Of a stretch of DNA of 64,000 nucleotides, positions 23,755 through 36,693 are shown piece by piece. The stretch's first letter is position 1; each line of letters starts with the position of its first letter. Origin of the DNA: Monocercomonoides exilis PA203 (taxonomy: Eukaryota > Protista > Preaxostyla); NCBI GenBank assembly GCA_001643675.2, contig LSRY02000022.1:806001-870000 (forward strand), read 5' to 3'. The notes under the pieces are model-generated. The model was not told where the DNA came from, searched no databases, and saw only the letters and a program-made list of their open reading frames with translations. The position numbers and the translations under genes were made by a program.

Positions 23755-26190
23755 TTTTCTTTCCTTTTCAGTAGAATTTTTCTTTGCTCAATAAACTCCT
23801 CTCTTTCTCTCAACTCCTTTTCAGCTCCTTTTCTTTCCTCTTCAGCTCTCCAATCTCCTTCCGCAGCTCATTCAGCTCTTCCTCCAGTTTCTCGCTCTTC
23901 TCTCTCTGCCACCCTTTCGCCTTCGCTCCAATCGGAAGCCTCTTCAGCTCCCCGCTCACCACATCCATCGCCTGCAGCTTTGCCGTCAGCCGTCTCGACA
24001 CTTCGCTCAGATTCTCTTCTCCTCTACCTTCTCCATCTCTTCCTCTTTCTTTCCCTTCCCCTTCTTCATCCTTCTTTCCCAAAAAACTCCCCTGCCTTTC
24101 TGCAGAAACTGATCTCCCTTCAAATCTTCTTCCTCTTCTTCCCTCTTCTCCTTCTTCTCCTTCTCCTTCCATTTTCCCTTTCCAACTTCCCCCAGAGTCA
24201 ATTTCAATACTTCTTCCTCCTCCAAAACGCGCCTGCGCACTCTGTGCTCTGTTTGACTGTTTCTTTCCTTTCGCTCTCTCAAATGCTTCCGCAGAAACAA
24301 ATCCAAAATGATGGAGAGAAGATTCATTTCTATTCATTTCGTCCTTCTCTACTGGTGAAGAAGAAGAAGAAGAAGAAGAAGAAGAAGAATGAGAATTAGA
24401 AGAAGATTGAAAAGGCAGATGGCTCTTGTCTGAGGATACACAATTGGACTGATACGAGAATTCTAACAAGTTGTCTGCTTCTTCCATTCCCAATCCCCCT
24501 TTACTTCCTCCTCCTCCTCTAAGTGCCTCCTCACTTGCCACTTCATCCAACATTCGCTTCATCTCCACCGTCTGCTCCGTCTGCATTATGTCTCCATTCC
24601 GAAGAGCAAACAACTCTCTCTTCAGCTTCCCCATCTGTTCCTCAATTTCCCACCCTTCCCTTGCTTTCTCCCTCGCCTCTTCCTCCGCTTTCCTCTTTTC
24701 CCTCTTCAGCGCTTCAACCTTCTCTTTCCTCCGCTCTTTCTCCTTTTCTGCTCTCTTCCTCTGCTCCTCGGCCTCTCCCAGCTCCTCCACAACCTCCCGC
24801 TTCTCCTCCAGCTGCCCTTTCACCTTCTCCTCTGCTTTCCGCTTCTTCTGCAAAACAACCTCTTTCTCTGCCTCTTCTCCTCCAATGCTCCTCTTCAGCC
24901 CTTCCGCCACTTGCTCTGCTCCCCACAGCGCTGTCTCTGCACTCGCTGCTTCTCGCTCTGCCCTTTCTGCCTCTTCGCACACACTCTCAAGACGCCTTCG
25001 CGCTTCCTCAATCTCAGACAGCAGCTGCTGACGCTCTGGAGAAGGGAGAAGGAAAAAGAGAAAAGAAAAAGTAATATTTGTTAAAATAGAATAAAAACAA
25101 TCATTTTTTCCAACCTTGTTGTCTGATGAGCATTCTTGTTTCTTTTCTCCTCTTCTCCCTTCTTTCCATCTCCTCCGCCTTCATCCTCTCCATCTCCCTC
25201 GCTCGCTTTACCTCTCTCTGCGCTGTGCCCATCAGCTCCTTCACCCGCATCTCCAGCATCGCCGCTTTGCTCTTCTCCACCTCTGCACCCACTGCTGCTG
25301 CCTCCTTCTCTCTTCTCATCTCCACAATCGCCTCCTTCGCTTCTCTATTCTCGCTCGACACTTCCTCCTCTTCCCGCTCCAGCACAGCTCGCTGCGCTTT
25401 CAGTGCTTCGCTTTCCTCTGCTGCTCTTTCTGCCTGCTCCTCTTCCCACTGCAGTAGCCCCATCAGCCGCTTTTCCTCTTCTGCCGCCTCGTCTTCCACC
25501 ATCCGCCTCTTCAGCAGCCTCTGACGCTTCTTCTCTTCTGCTGCTTCCTTCAGTCTCTTTTGCTTCGCTGCTTCCTTCTTTTCTTTCTCTTTAAGCTTCT
25601 CTTTGGATTGACCTTGCATTGACATCGCTTCTCTATTCCTCCTTCTTCCCTTTTGTACGCTAGGTAATAATTTGTTCTCAAGACTATTCATTTTTGGCGC
25701 CTGCAAATTTATGCTTGAAAGTTCCCCAGCAAATGCGTTGTCCTTCACATTTTTTACAAGAACGCGATTCGTAGGCAGAGAAGAGTTGTGAAACGCCTGA
25801 TCTTGTTGTAACAGTAAATGCAGCGTGGATGCTCGTTGGCTTTCTCTTATCCTCCAAGAAGCATTTTCCTCCTCGTTCAAATGTCCACGGTCCTGTGCAA
25901 TAACTTCTTCTTCGTCGTCGACCTCTCCATTTTGCTGCTCTCTTGCACGAAGTTTGGCTCCCTTCTTCAGCTTGATGCTCTCTCCATTGCTTGGTATGAA
26001 ATGGCTTCCCACAAATGAAAGAGATGGCGCCTTATCATGTCTACTGTCCTTCATCGAGCATTCCTCCTCGGGCGGTTGTTCCTCAAACTCCACCTCGACA
26101 GCTTCGCAGAAAATGTTCGATGGCTCGAATTCTTCCAAAAACTCTCGGTCAAGTCCGTGCACATCAAAAAATTCGACTTCATCGCTCTCT
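23755..26190 (-). CDS. Coiled-coil E/K/R-rich hypothetical protein
   Basis: ORFs 25101-26162 and 23810-24982 join in frame through a phase-1 intron (~25113-25036). Likely homopolymer frameshift near 23818. 5' exons not resolved. Confidence 0.6.
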
Positions 26191-27446
26191 TTTAATTCCG
26201 AAATAAATTGGAGAAGAAAAATTCATCCAAATTATACTTCAAGCAAATTCAAAGCTCAAACCTTCAAATAAACTCATTTTAAAAATTCTTTCTCAATATG
26301 TTCCACAAATGTTTCAATTCTTAGAATAATCATTAATAAAGCAAATATGAAAAATGTGAAGAGTCCGAAGTTAATAATACCGTCTCTATAAAGACTCACA
26401 CCAAAAACAAAATTCATCCAGCTCCCATTTTTTATTTTGGAAAATTTTTTATCAACAAAAAACAGATAATAACTCATCAAATGAGATCAACGATGAAGTT
26501 AATGGATCTGTGAAAACAATTTAAGGATGAGTTACTAATAATATCGCTTATTAAAGAAAAAATTAAAACAACATTTTTGTCTTTTTGAAAAAAATAAAAA
26601 TTAAAGCAGAGATACAGCAACCTTTTGACTAGCGCAAACATACAACTGTTAACCCATATCATAATTCAGAAGAAAAAGCAAAAATAAGCTGTACAAAATA
26701 CATCGAGCTAATCTTTATATTCATTTTTAATTTAATTACAAAAATTATAATTTTTCCTCCCCTTTTTTTTATTCTCCTCTTCCTCATCTTCCTCATCTTC
26801 CTCATCTTCGTCACAATGAAAACAATCATTTCACTTCATTTTTTGTAGTCATTGAAGAAATAACACATACTTCAAATCCTTCACAAAAAGCTCAACAAAC
26901 ATGAAAAACAACACAGGCAATTTATCTTTCCTTTTCTTCTTCCTTCTTTTTTCTCAGTTTCATCATCATGTTTGTGATCATCAAAGAATGCCTTTGAATT
27001 TCAATCAGAATTTCTTCTTCTTCTTTAGCATTTTGATGGAGAGACCGCATCCTTTCGAAATGCATCAAAAAAATCATGTTTTCTGAGAACACTGGGCTGT
27101 CAAAGAATGAATGTGAAAAAAAAAAACAAATGAAAACCTTTGGACTGAAAATGTCAACCACTCAACAGAATGTTATTTCTTCGTCTTCACTTTTTGTGAA
27201 GTCTTCTTTTCTCTTGCTCATTTGGAATTGAGTGTGGATGTCATATTCTGAATGACTTTTGGTGAGGCGTGCAGGAAGGGAAAGAGAAAGTTGGGCATTT
27301 GGGAAAGATGGACATTTGTGGAATTGAAGCAGCAATTGGCCAGCCTGTTGACAAAAGAAAGTCTGATATTCTTTTCATTCACATTCAAATTTCAAATACT
27401 CTGATTGTGAAATGGATTCTGTTTGGTCTTCTTCAGTCCAATGAGA

Positions 27447-28875
27447 TCAAGTGAAACATGGAAAAACAAGAGAAGAAGCTGGTGGAACACAAAACTTCTC
27501 AAAAGACATTAATTTCCTATCAAGAAAATCAAACATTCCATGAAAGCTAATGATGATATCTTCGTATCCTTCCTCTTCCATCTTTTCAAACGCTTTCCTT
27601 TTCAACTCTTTTCTTTCCACTTCTTCCATTTCATCTTTCTTTTTATCTTTCAATCGAATGGAGATCAATTTAAAGAATTTCAAGCTGTCACTTGTCTTCT
27701 CGTCATCAAGTGTTTGTTCCTGAATCTCCTCCAAAAAGAGATCAACGATTCCTTCCTGCAAAAAAACTCCAATTTTCACAGTCTTGTTGAATGCTGCTCT
27801 TGAAAAAAAGTTCAATGCATCTGGCCCGAAAGCGTGGGTATTTTTTCTTTGATGCTCGAAATAACTGAACAATGTTGCGAATAAGCTCAGCATATTCTTC
27901 ATTCCACAGCGAACAAAAGCATAAAAAATACTCCAACTTTTCGAACCATTTCATCAAAGCATACGCTTCTTTCATTTCTTTTTCTCTATCTCCTTTTTCT
28001 CCCTTCCAATTCACACATTTCACAAACACTTCCAATTCTTTTTCCGCCTCTCTCCAAAAATGTAGCTCATTCACTTTTTCCATTTCCAAACTTTGTTCAA
28101 AGAACAATCTTTTTATTAAAAACTGCCACGCTGACTGATAAGCAAGTCGTGTCAGTTTGTTGTGTTCCTGATGATATTTGATGATTTCTTTGATTTCAGT
28201 CAAAAAAAGCTCCTGCTTTATTTTCTAATAAAAAAAGAGGGAAAATAAATCACAGCATAAAAATGAAATAGAAATGCTCAAACATATCCTCCAATCGTGC
28301 TCAAATTCAGCAAAATCATTTCCACTTCCATTTGCGTTTCTTCATTTTCCTCTTTCTTCAAAGTAGCTTTCAGAAGGCAAGGCACACAAACTGCTAGCAA
28401 TTCTTCTTTAATACCGATGGAGCATAACATTAGATAGCATTCGCAAAGATCAATAAGCAGCTTCTCGTTCTTCTCCTCTTTTTTCTTTAGATTTTCCTCA
28501 ACAATCATCTTTTCAAATCTTTCACTCAATGAAGAATAATCAAATCCATCAATCATAAACTCATTCAGAACACTGCAATATCCAATATGCTTCAATAGAA
28601 CAATTGCATTTTCCAATGTCATTTTCTCTTCATCAATCATTTTGTCCATTTTGTCGAACAAGTTTTTCGTGCAAACTGATTTGAAGTTTTTATCATCTAT
28701 TTCATCCGTCAGAGCATTCATCACTTCGATTTTCTGTTTCTGTTCAGCCCTGGTGCAATGCTCCAGCTCAGAAAACAATTCTGCAAAAGGGATTCAAAAA
28801 AACAAAATTTTTGTTCAGAATTGTTCAATTCAAATAAAAGAGCAAACTCGAAAACTTCTCGGCTTTGTTCATCAT
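27447..28875 (-). CDS. Expanded-family paralog 2 (apparent frameshift near 27803-27809)
   Basis: Introns 28847-28781 and 28283-28225 keep the frame (MMNKAEKFSKLFSELEH...). The second intron is at the same position as in paralog 1. The frameshift falls at a 7-nt homopolymer. Confidence 0.7.
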
Positions 28876-31800
28876 CTGCACTCTTTCTTCAGACTTTTCA
28901 TAATTGCGTACACTCATTCTGGTTGTTGCAAAAAATATTCAAAATAAGGGGCGGAGCTTGATAAGAAACAAAATAAATTGAAAATTCAAACATCGTTCAT
29001 TATCTTGCAAAATTACAAAGATCTCAGTACAAACTATTTTTCTTTTGCTATTTGAAAAGAAGTGAAAAATAAAGTGTAAAGAAGTCTCGGGATTGGCTTT
29101 CTGAGTACAAAAATGGAAATAATTTGTTTCTTTTTGATCTAACCAACATAAATTAATAAATCTGATGAAAACCATTTTATTTTAAATTTTGTGGAAGAAT
29201 AATACACTTTTAGGTTTGAAATTGAGAATATTTATAGAACAGAAATAGAAACAAATTAAAGAGAGAATGAAAACACAAAATCAAATTGAAAAAGAAAAGT
29301 CATTTTCGAAGATCAATGAAGGAGATTCAGATTGAAAAACATTGAAACAAATGTTCGCATGCTCAACGAAATTTGTTGTTTTTTTTCTTGTTTTTTAATT
29401 TTCAGTGTTCATTCAAGATGATTCATCGGATTTATGAAAGAAAAAAAAACCAAAAATCAAAAAGGAATTGTGGATTCAATTCGAAAATCAGTCAAACAGC
29501 AGAAGAACATGGCAAAATGGTTTTTCGATAAATGAACAAAAAAATGAAAATTCTTGAAGGTTGTCTCCAACATCAAGGATGGTAGGACAAATGATAGGTG
29601 GGAAAGCAACAATGACTGATTACGATATTTTTCAATTGTTTTCATTAAATGTTTTTGATGTTGAAAATCCATTTGATTTCTATTGAATGACGATCAGATG
29701 AGAAATGTCGCAAACACAGTAATACCATGAGAAGCATTCCAGAAGCAGAAGAATTCAACAGTTACTTCAATTGTTCATCAAAAATACAGAGAAAAAGAAT
29801 CAGTGAATTCTGCTGCTCAGCCAAAAGAATGAAGAGTGTGGAAAGGAATACCAATTCAATGTCTGTATATTTCCTTTTGCACAAGCTTTTCTCTTTTTGG
29901 AGCAAACCAGAATCTCTTCGTTGGACTTCGACGATCACGCCCAATCGCAATGAATTGTAAATGTGGATGGATATCTCTTTTTGATGTCTCTTCAATCTTT
30001 TCTTTTTTCTCTTTGTCAAAAAGCACCACTGGCATCAAGAAAAAAAACTTGTCTTTCGATAATTTCTCATCTGACACTCTCGGAATGTTTCATTTTCCAC
30101 ATAAAGTTATTTGCATTGGATATTATTATACTCTCATGTTTTCAACTTTTGAAATCGCACTGATAAGAAAATGACCATCTTGAGAAAATGAAATTGTTTA
30201 TTTCGATTTCAGCAAACACAATCTGAATTCTTTTATTTGAAACACAAATGGAAAGAATTCTTCAATTCTCTTCATTCATTTTGTGTGATATTGATGTGAT
30301 TATCTGGATGATATTCGCACAGCTTCATCATCATTATCACATCTTTCTTCAAATACTAACTTTAATGCATTTTCAAGAAACAAAAAAAAGCAATTACAAA
30401 TTGCCTCATTTCACAAAATAATAACGAGCTTTTGAGGCTGATTGGCCTTTCCAATGTGAATATGGGTGTTGTGTTTGCATCACAGAAAGAACTGTTGTCT
30501 GATACAAATACTCGTTTGAATGAGTTTCTTGTTTCAATTGAAGCATGGTTGTCTTCTCTTTTCTTAGCATATTCAGTTTTATCCACTTCTCCAATCAAGA
30601 TACTGAGATAAAAAGCGAAGAAAGTGACTGGAGATAAGCGTTCATCCCCATCATCCACCGCTCCTGCAATTGAACCTTCAGATGTCTCAATGGTGAATGG
30701 ATCAAACATGTCGGCATCATGGATGAACGACATCAAAAGACAGATGCGGATTGTTGTTCCTGAAGAAGTCATGGTGCATACAAATCACGTGAAGTTGTTG
30801 TTACCAAGATCGTTGTTGATGCTATTAGGAAATGCTATCACTTGGTCTTCTGTGCGGTTCTTGAGCATTATGAACATACGATTTGCGGAACTTTCAATGA
30901 AGCTTTCAGTTCCGTTAGTGACACCTCTTCCTTTGCTTGCAGCTTCGATGGATATGAAGTCGGGGAGCAATAGTTCATTTTCAGCAGCAGGTGAGAATTC
31001 GTTCACTTTGATCCACTATCTGTTTGACCCGTTGATGCCGCAGTCAAAGAGAGTTTTGCTTGTGCAGAGATTGTCGAAATGGAAGCGTGTGGTGGCGAAG
31101 CTGGAAGATGAAGTGATGAGGTTTGAATGGCAAAGTGTGAAGTGGTGGAGGTCGTGGAGAAGGATCTATTGGAGGCTATGTGAGTTTAGATGATGTTGTT
31201 ATTTCGCTCAATATGATTTTGAAAGATGTTCTGGAGGAATGAGAAGAAGCAAACGAAGGGGAAGGAAATGAGGAAAAAGATAGTTACCTAATGTGGTAAA
31301 GAAATTCTTTTGAATGACGAAAATCAAAATTGTGAAAGATAGGTGAAAAAACAGGTCTTCAATTTGTTGAGAAGTTCGTTTGAAGAGAAAGAAGAATGGA
31401 GAGATGGATATTGGAAAGAAAAAAGAATAAAGCGGACATATATTTTGAAAAAAACTAACTCCTCTGTATTTTTTCCACCATTTGTAATTTCACACAAAAT
31501 ATGAAAACAGGTGAAAGTTAATAAGTTGCATATGAAGCATATTCTAGCAGAGTTACACAAAAACATAAAAATGTTATCAAGCAAGATTCTGTTCTATCGT
31601 CCACCTCAAAGACTTCATGCAAAATAAATCAAGAACAAGAGAGATATCTTCATTAATAGGAAAAAGAATTAAGATAGAGAGATGATTTTGGAAAAAGAGC
31701 TTATAAGGCAGAAAAATGAAATCAACATGATTTTTCAAATCATGTTTCCACTGAAACATTCAAATTGCCTTAATCATTTAATATGAAAGTCTTGAATCTC

Positions 31801-33071
31801 CAATTAACACTTTTTTTCTTTGTAATCATTCCTTTGAGATTCTCAATGCCATTTGAAATTTCTAAAAAAATGTTGAGTTGAAGAAAACAGATGATGATTT
31901 GAAAGGAAGGCTTTCTTTCATTCCAAGTGTTTTTGTTTTTGATATTTTGTGGTGTTTGCGCTGAAGAGATAAATCTATTTCTTTCTTTATCTTTTCCAAG
32001 CCGTTTTTATTTACCTAATTCTGAGAGAATTGTGCATATAACACTTTTTTCTTTTTGCATAGCTGAATTGCCAATTTGATCAATGTTGTTTTCTGAAGAG
32101 CCAAAAAAGAAAATGTCATTTAATTTCAAAGTGCATTTGCTTTTGTGAAAAGCAGCAATAAAGCAATGTCCAGAAAATGTTTCTATTAAATAATTTGACA
32201 GCTTCTCCTTCTTTGCTCGTCGAATGGCAATAACAGAAAAAACATTTTTAAATGACAACCTTTCCAACATGATTCCATTGCTGAAATGAACCTTCTGCTG
32301 ATCATGTGGAATTGTTTGATTCACGAGAGCAAGCAATAAAGGCATAAATAAAAATTATAACTTTTTTGTCATTGTTGGACACATTTTCACTTTCCACAAA
32401 TATTCCCCGAAGAACAAAAAAAATGTCATCATGAAAATCAGTTGAACAATAATTATTAAATATTTAATTTCTCTTCCAACTCGAAATGAATTCACGATTG
32501 TTAAGCATTTAATGAATGAAGAATGATGAACAGCACATTCAGTTGTTTTCAATGCATATATTCTTCCACACTTTTATTGAAGTGTCATTGCATCCAGTTT
32601 ATAAACAATTTTTCAAAGTCAGAATCGTTTTCAGCTAATCATTCACAAAAAGAGCACGTTCTTGTACTGAATTGCAATCTGTTCATTCGAAAAATAAAAA
32701 GGATTGATTATTAATAGAAATCATTTTTTTTTCGGATATCAATTGTTTGCCTTTTTTCAAAGTGTGTTGTTTCACTTTTACGGACATATTCATGAGAAGA
32801 AAAGGATCTACTTGAGATCACTTTTTCAAATCCATTTTTGTTTAGAAAAGAAAAACGATATTCAATTCCTTCTCTTTTATTTGAGATCACGATCAATGGG
32901 TCATCGCCCAGGATCAATGTGGTAGTGATGTGAGGGTTTATGCATTTGTTTGAAAAATCAAAACTTTGCGTTTTTAAAAACAAATTAACGCTAAGAAAAG
33001 GAATTGTGGAACACAAGACAATGTAAAAAACTTATATAAAAGAGGGGTTGGGAGTGAAAACGGTGGTGGGA

Positions 33072-33178
33072 AAAAGAGAAGGAATTGAATATCGTTTTTC
33101 TTTTCTAATAAAAGTGCATAAGCACCTTTATTTTCAAGAAAAACATCCATTCAATTCCTTCTCTTTTATTTGAGATCA
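33072..33178 (-). other. Internal complementary region (ICR) of element C
   Basis: On the + strand it reads as the head-to-tail junction of the element ends: ...GTTTTTCTTTTCT-AA-TAAAAGTGCA... Confidence 0.92.
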
Positions 33179-33539
33179 AATGTTAGTTGGGAATTTCTGA
33201 TACCATTATGACCACAGCTTTTGTCACTTCCCATTCCTTCTGAATTTCTTCTTTTTCAAAAGTGAGTTCTTGTTCTGACAATAAACCTTTTGTCATATTC
33301 TGTGGACTTTTTTCATCTTCCCTTGGTTCTTCAATCTTCGAAGACATTATTCCTTGGGAATCTTCTTTCAATTTGTTTCTGTCCTTTCTTTTTCTGTGTA
33401 ATACAGCTTTTTCACAACTGCAACCTTCTTTTCATCATTGTTCTGGTTTTCCTTTCTCTCTGTTCGTCTTTTTCAGTGTACTGTTCCTGCTTTATCGATC
33501 TATCTGGTGATGAAGCAATCACCCTTCCCATTGCTGACT

Positions 33540-34740
33540 CCAAATCCACCCTGCAGCAATGTTTAACCAATGTGTTTGTTTGTGGCAAAAGTCGAGTAAA
33601 CTTTGCAATCTACACTGGAGGAATTCCTGCCATTGTCAAAGCCGAAATCAAAGCTTCCTTGATTGAGCTTGGAGTAAATGTGTCTGGTATTCCGGAATTG
33701 ATAAGTGCTTCCTTGGTTAGTTTTTGAATCCCTCCAATAGTTAACTGGTCAAAGGTGTTTGCATTTGAAAGCAGACTGTTTATGTTTGGGTTAGCTTATT
33801 AAACTCTCTCCCACAAGGTCTTAATCGCGAAAGCAGGACAAATAAGTGGCAAGTCTGATAAATACGGAGCTGCAATCTCCGTGCGTGTCTCCGAAGTCTT
33901 CAGTCTCGTGTCAAGATATATTCCTTCTTCTTTAAACCTTGAATTTCTCATGTCTATTCTCTCAAGCTCTGTAAATCTGCAGGCTGAAAATAACATTGTT
34001 AACACAATCACCTTTGTTGTCAGTTGCTGAAAGCTCAATGTCTCATTCGGTCCCTGATCTGCGAAATATTTCAACAACGTCTGTGGGTTCCATATGGGTA
34101 ATTCTTTTTGAAAAGTTACAAATGTTTAATTTTCAAATAAATCAAAAATTTCATATTTTGCTCAAATTTTTGTTAACATGCAACAAACTTCACTAAAATG
34201 GAATCTATTTCTTGACAATGCTATTTCAAACATTCTTGAGGATTCTTGTGAGCTGAAACAGAAATTTGAGTAAACAATGAAACTTTTGATTAATTTGAAA
34301 ATTAAACATTTGCGACTTTTCAAAAAGAATTACCCATATTTCTCTGTTTTCTTTTCTCTTTGATCTGTTTGTTCTTCTGAACGCTCTGAATAGCATCTTA
34401 ATGAGTGGGATATCACCTAAGCACGTATTGTAAACGAGACTGGAATAAAAGGAAACTGCAACATTTGTTATTTGCAGGCACGTGAGCAACATTCCGCTAT
34501 TTCTCAGGGATAAAAAGACATTTGCGCAATTTGACGTCCAAACGAAAATATTGCCTGGTATTTCTTTGTGGCCACATTCATTCCATTGCTTTCCAAAATG
34601 TGCAAAGCCAAAGAGGTATCCTTTCCACGTTGTCTCCGCTATTCCCTTGTGGCACTCTTCTGCTAGATCTGTTGCGAAAGCTTTCTGCTCCAAAGCGCGT
34701 TTCCACCATTCTTCTCCGTCACGCTGAATGGATTCAACAA
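33540..34740 (-). pseudogene. Tyrosine recombinase of element C, interrupted by a MITE
   Basis: REIW|NP split by the insertion. FSACRFTEL, LKTS, CPAFAI, FTPSSIKEA, TRLL...LVKHC (catalytic Tyr lost). In-frame stops present. Confidence 0.88.
34096..34335. mobile_element. 240-bp MITE with ~74-bp TIRs (GGGTAATTC...GAATTACCC) and ATAT TSD (or TA TSD with TGGG termini)
   Basis: TIRs are directly visible. Removing the element plus one ATAT restores the YR reading frame R-E-I-W-N-P, matching WNPQ in element A. Confidence 0.92.
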
Positions 34741-34824
34741 CACGATCCTCAACCGTCCTGGAGGAAGACTGGCATTCGTCCATTGCATTGAAGGAACTTT
34801 CCGAAAAACTTCTTTTTGCAGCTT

Positions 34825-36693
34825 TCAGTCCCAGCTGTTGTGTGGAATCGACCTCAAAAGAGTGTCCATGTTTTTGTTTCTCCAGCTCGGCAGGAGAAAG
34901 ATCTCTTGTGCTTTCTCCATTTTCGCTTTCTGAATCGTTGGAATAATCAGCGGAACAGGAGGGTGAGCCAAAACAACTTCGTCTTTCCATGGAACCATGA
35001 GACCATCCTCTGCAATCGGACTGTTGATGCCACACCATCTCTCCAACTTGTGATTGTGACTTGCTGCAAACGCATCCAGTGTCGGTGTCCTCTGAGCTAT
35101 CTTCAGAATCTCCAGCAGCTCTTCTGCTCGCACATCGTAATCCCCTGCTCTCTCTAGTCTTGACAGAGCGTCTGCCCTTGTGTTCTTGATGCCTGGGATG
35201 TGTGTGGCTCTCATCTCTATATGTGTTTCTTCCTTCCATCTCCATATCTTTCTCAGTACGGGTCTCAAGTTCCTTCCTGCATTCCATCTGTTTATATTGT
35301 AGACAACAGCTGTATTGTCCGATCTCAGATGCAGTCGACTGATTCCGTTCCTCTGGAGCGCTGGGCCAAAATGGTTGAGAGCTAACCTCACCGCCATTAA
35401 CTCCCTGTAATTCGATGACTGTTTCGCAAGTTGATGTGGAAACCGATTGTGTGCGTCTAACAGTTGATTGTTGATTGACAGCGTAGCCCCCCACGCCAAT
35501 TCCGATGCATCTGTTGTAATCACTGCCTGTGGGACAAACACTGGAATTAGCTTGCGTTGAGGGCGTGATTTCAATATCTTCCTCCATTGCAAAATCTGTT
35601 GGATAATGGATGCGTTGATTCTCATCTGTCCGCTCCATCCTTGCAACTCCAATCCTTTTTGAAAGAGGCGATACTTGGAATGCAGCCATAGGGAAGCGTC
35701 TTGCTGAACGAAACTGATTGCGCTGAGTTTTCCAATGAACGAGGCGAAATCTCTTGTTCTCACCTTCTTGGCTTTCACTGCTTTCACTTTCCATTTGTCC
35801 ACTTCTTTCATCAATGCAATTCTTCTGTCTTCCTTCAACTGAACCTCCATTATTTCCGAGTTCCATCTGTATCCGAGGTAAACAAACTCTCTGCTGGCAG
35901 ATAAGTGGCTTTTTTCCTTGTTTACTAGCAGCCCAAGCGACTCCAAAAACTGCACAATCTCTTCCGTAATTCTTCTTAAATGCATTTGATCTTGATGTAA
36001 TATTAGCAGGTCGTCCAAATACGCAACAAGCCTCACATGCCATCTTCTTCTTATTTCCTTCGTCACTTTCATCATTTCATGTGTGAATATTCTGGCTGCA
36101 TCCACGAATCCGAAAAACATTCCTTTAAATACGTAATCTTTTCCGACAAACATGGAAGAGAGATATTGCTTGAAATTCTCTGAAACTGGGAGAAGATAAT
36201 ATGCCTGATGAAGGTCTATCGTCACTGCCCAATATTCTTCCAGCAATAATCTTTCCACTGTTTTCTCGTTGTCGCATTTGAAATGCGTTCTGAGGACCGC
36301 TGCATTCAAACGACGACAGTCTAAGATCTGTCTCCATGTTCCGTTCTTCTTCTTGACCATAAATACGTTGTTCCTGTGTTTGACATCTTCCTGATTTATC
36401 TCCTCCACAATTCCGTTCCTCGTCTGTTACTCCAACAAATCCTTGAAGGCACTTTTGTGCTCCTCGCTTGTTCGCTCGGCTCCATCTCTGTACGACATCT
36501 TTGAAAGTTTCTCTCTTTCCCTTCTGCTCTTCCACATCGCTAGGACTCCATTTCGTATCATATCTCCTCCTCCAATCTTTTCCCATTCCTTTGAGAACAG
36601 CACCGTCCTTCCTCCAATGATCTGATCTGGCTGCGACTCTTTCTCTGTTGCTTTCGTTAATTCCTTTGAAGACCCCGACTCCGACTGGACCAT
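34825..36693 (-). pseudogene. RT - RNase H - methyltransferase-like polyprotein of element C
   Basis: IGGR..F..W, FMVKKKNGTWRQILDCRRLN, IDLHQAYY, YLDD, YLG; TTDAS, SSNYREL, RSDN, HIPG..NTRADALSR; LDAFAA...LAHPP. One in-frame stop at 36427-36429. Confidence 0.92.

Noticed and set aside
29450-32600. Short ORFs and gene-like fragments
   Set aside because: Broken frames and no recognisable domain.
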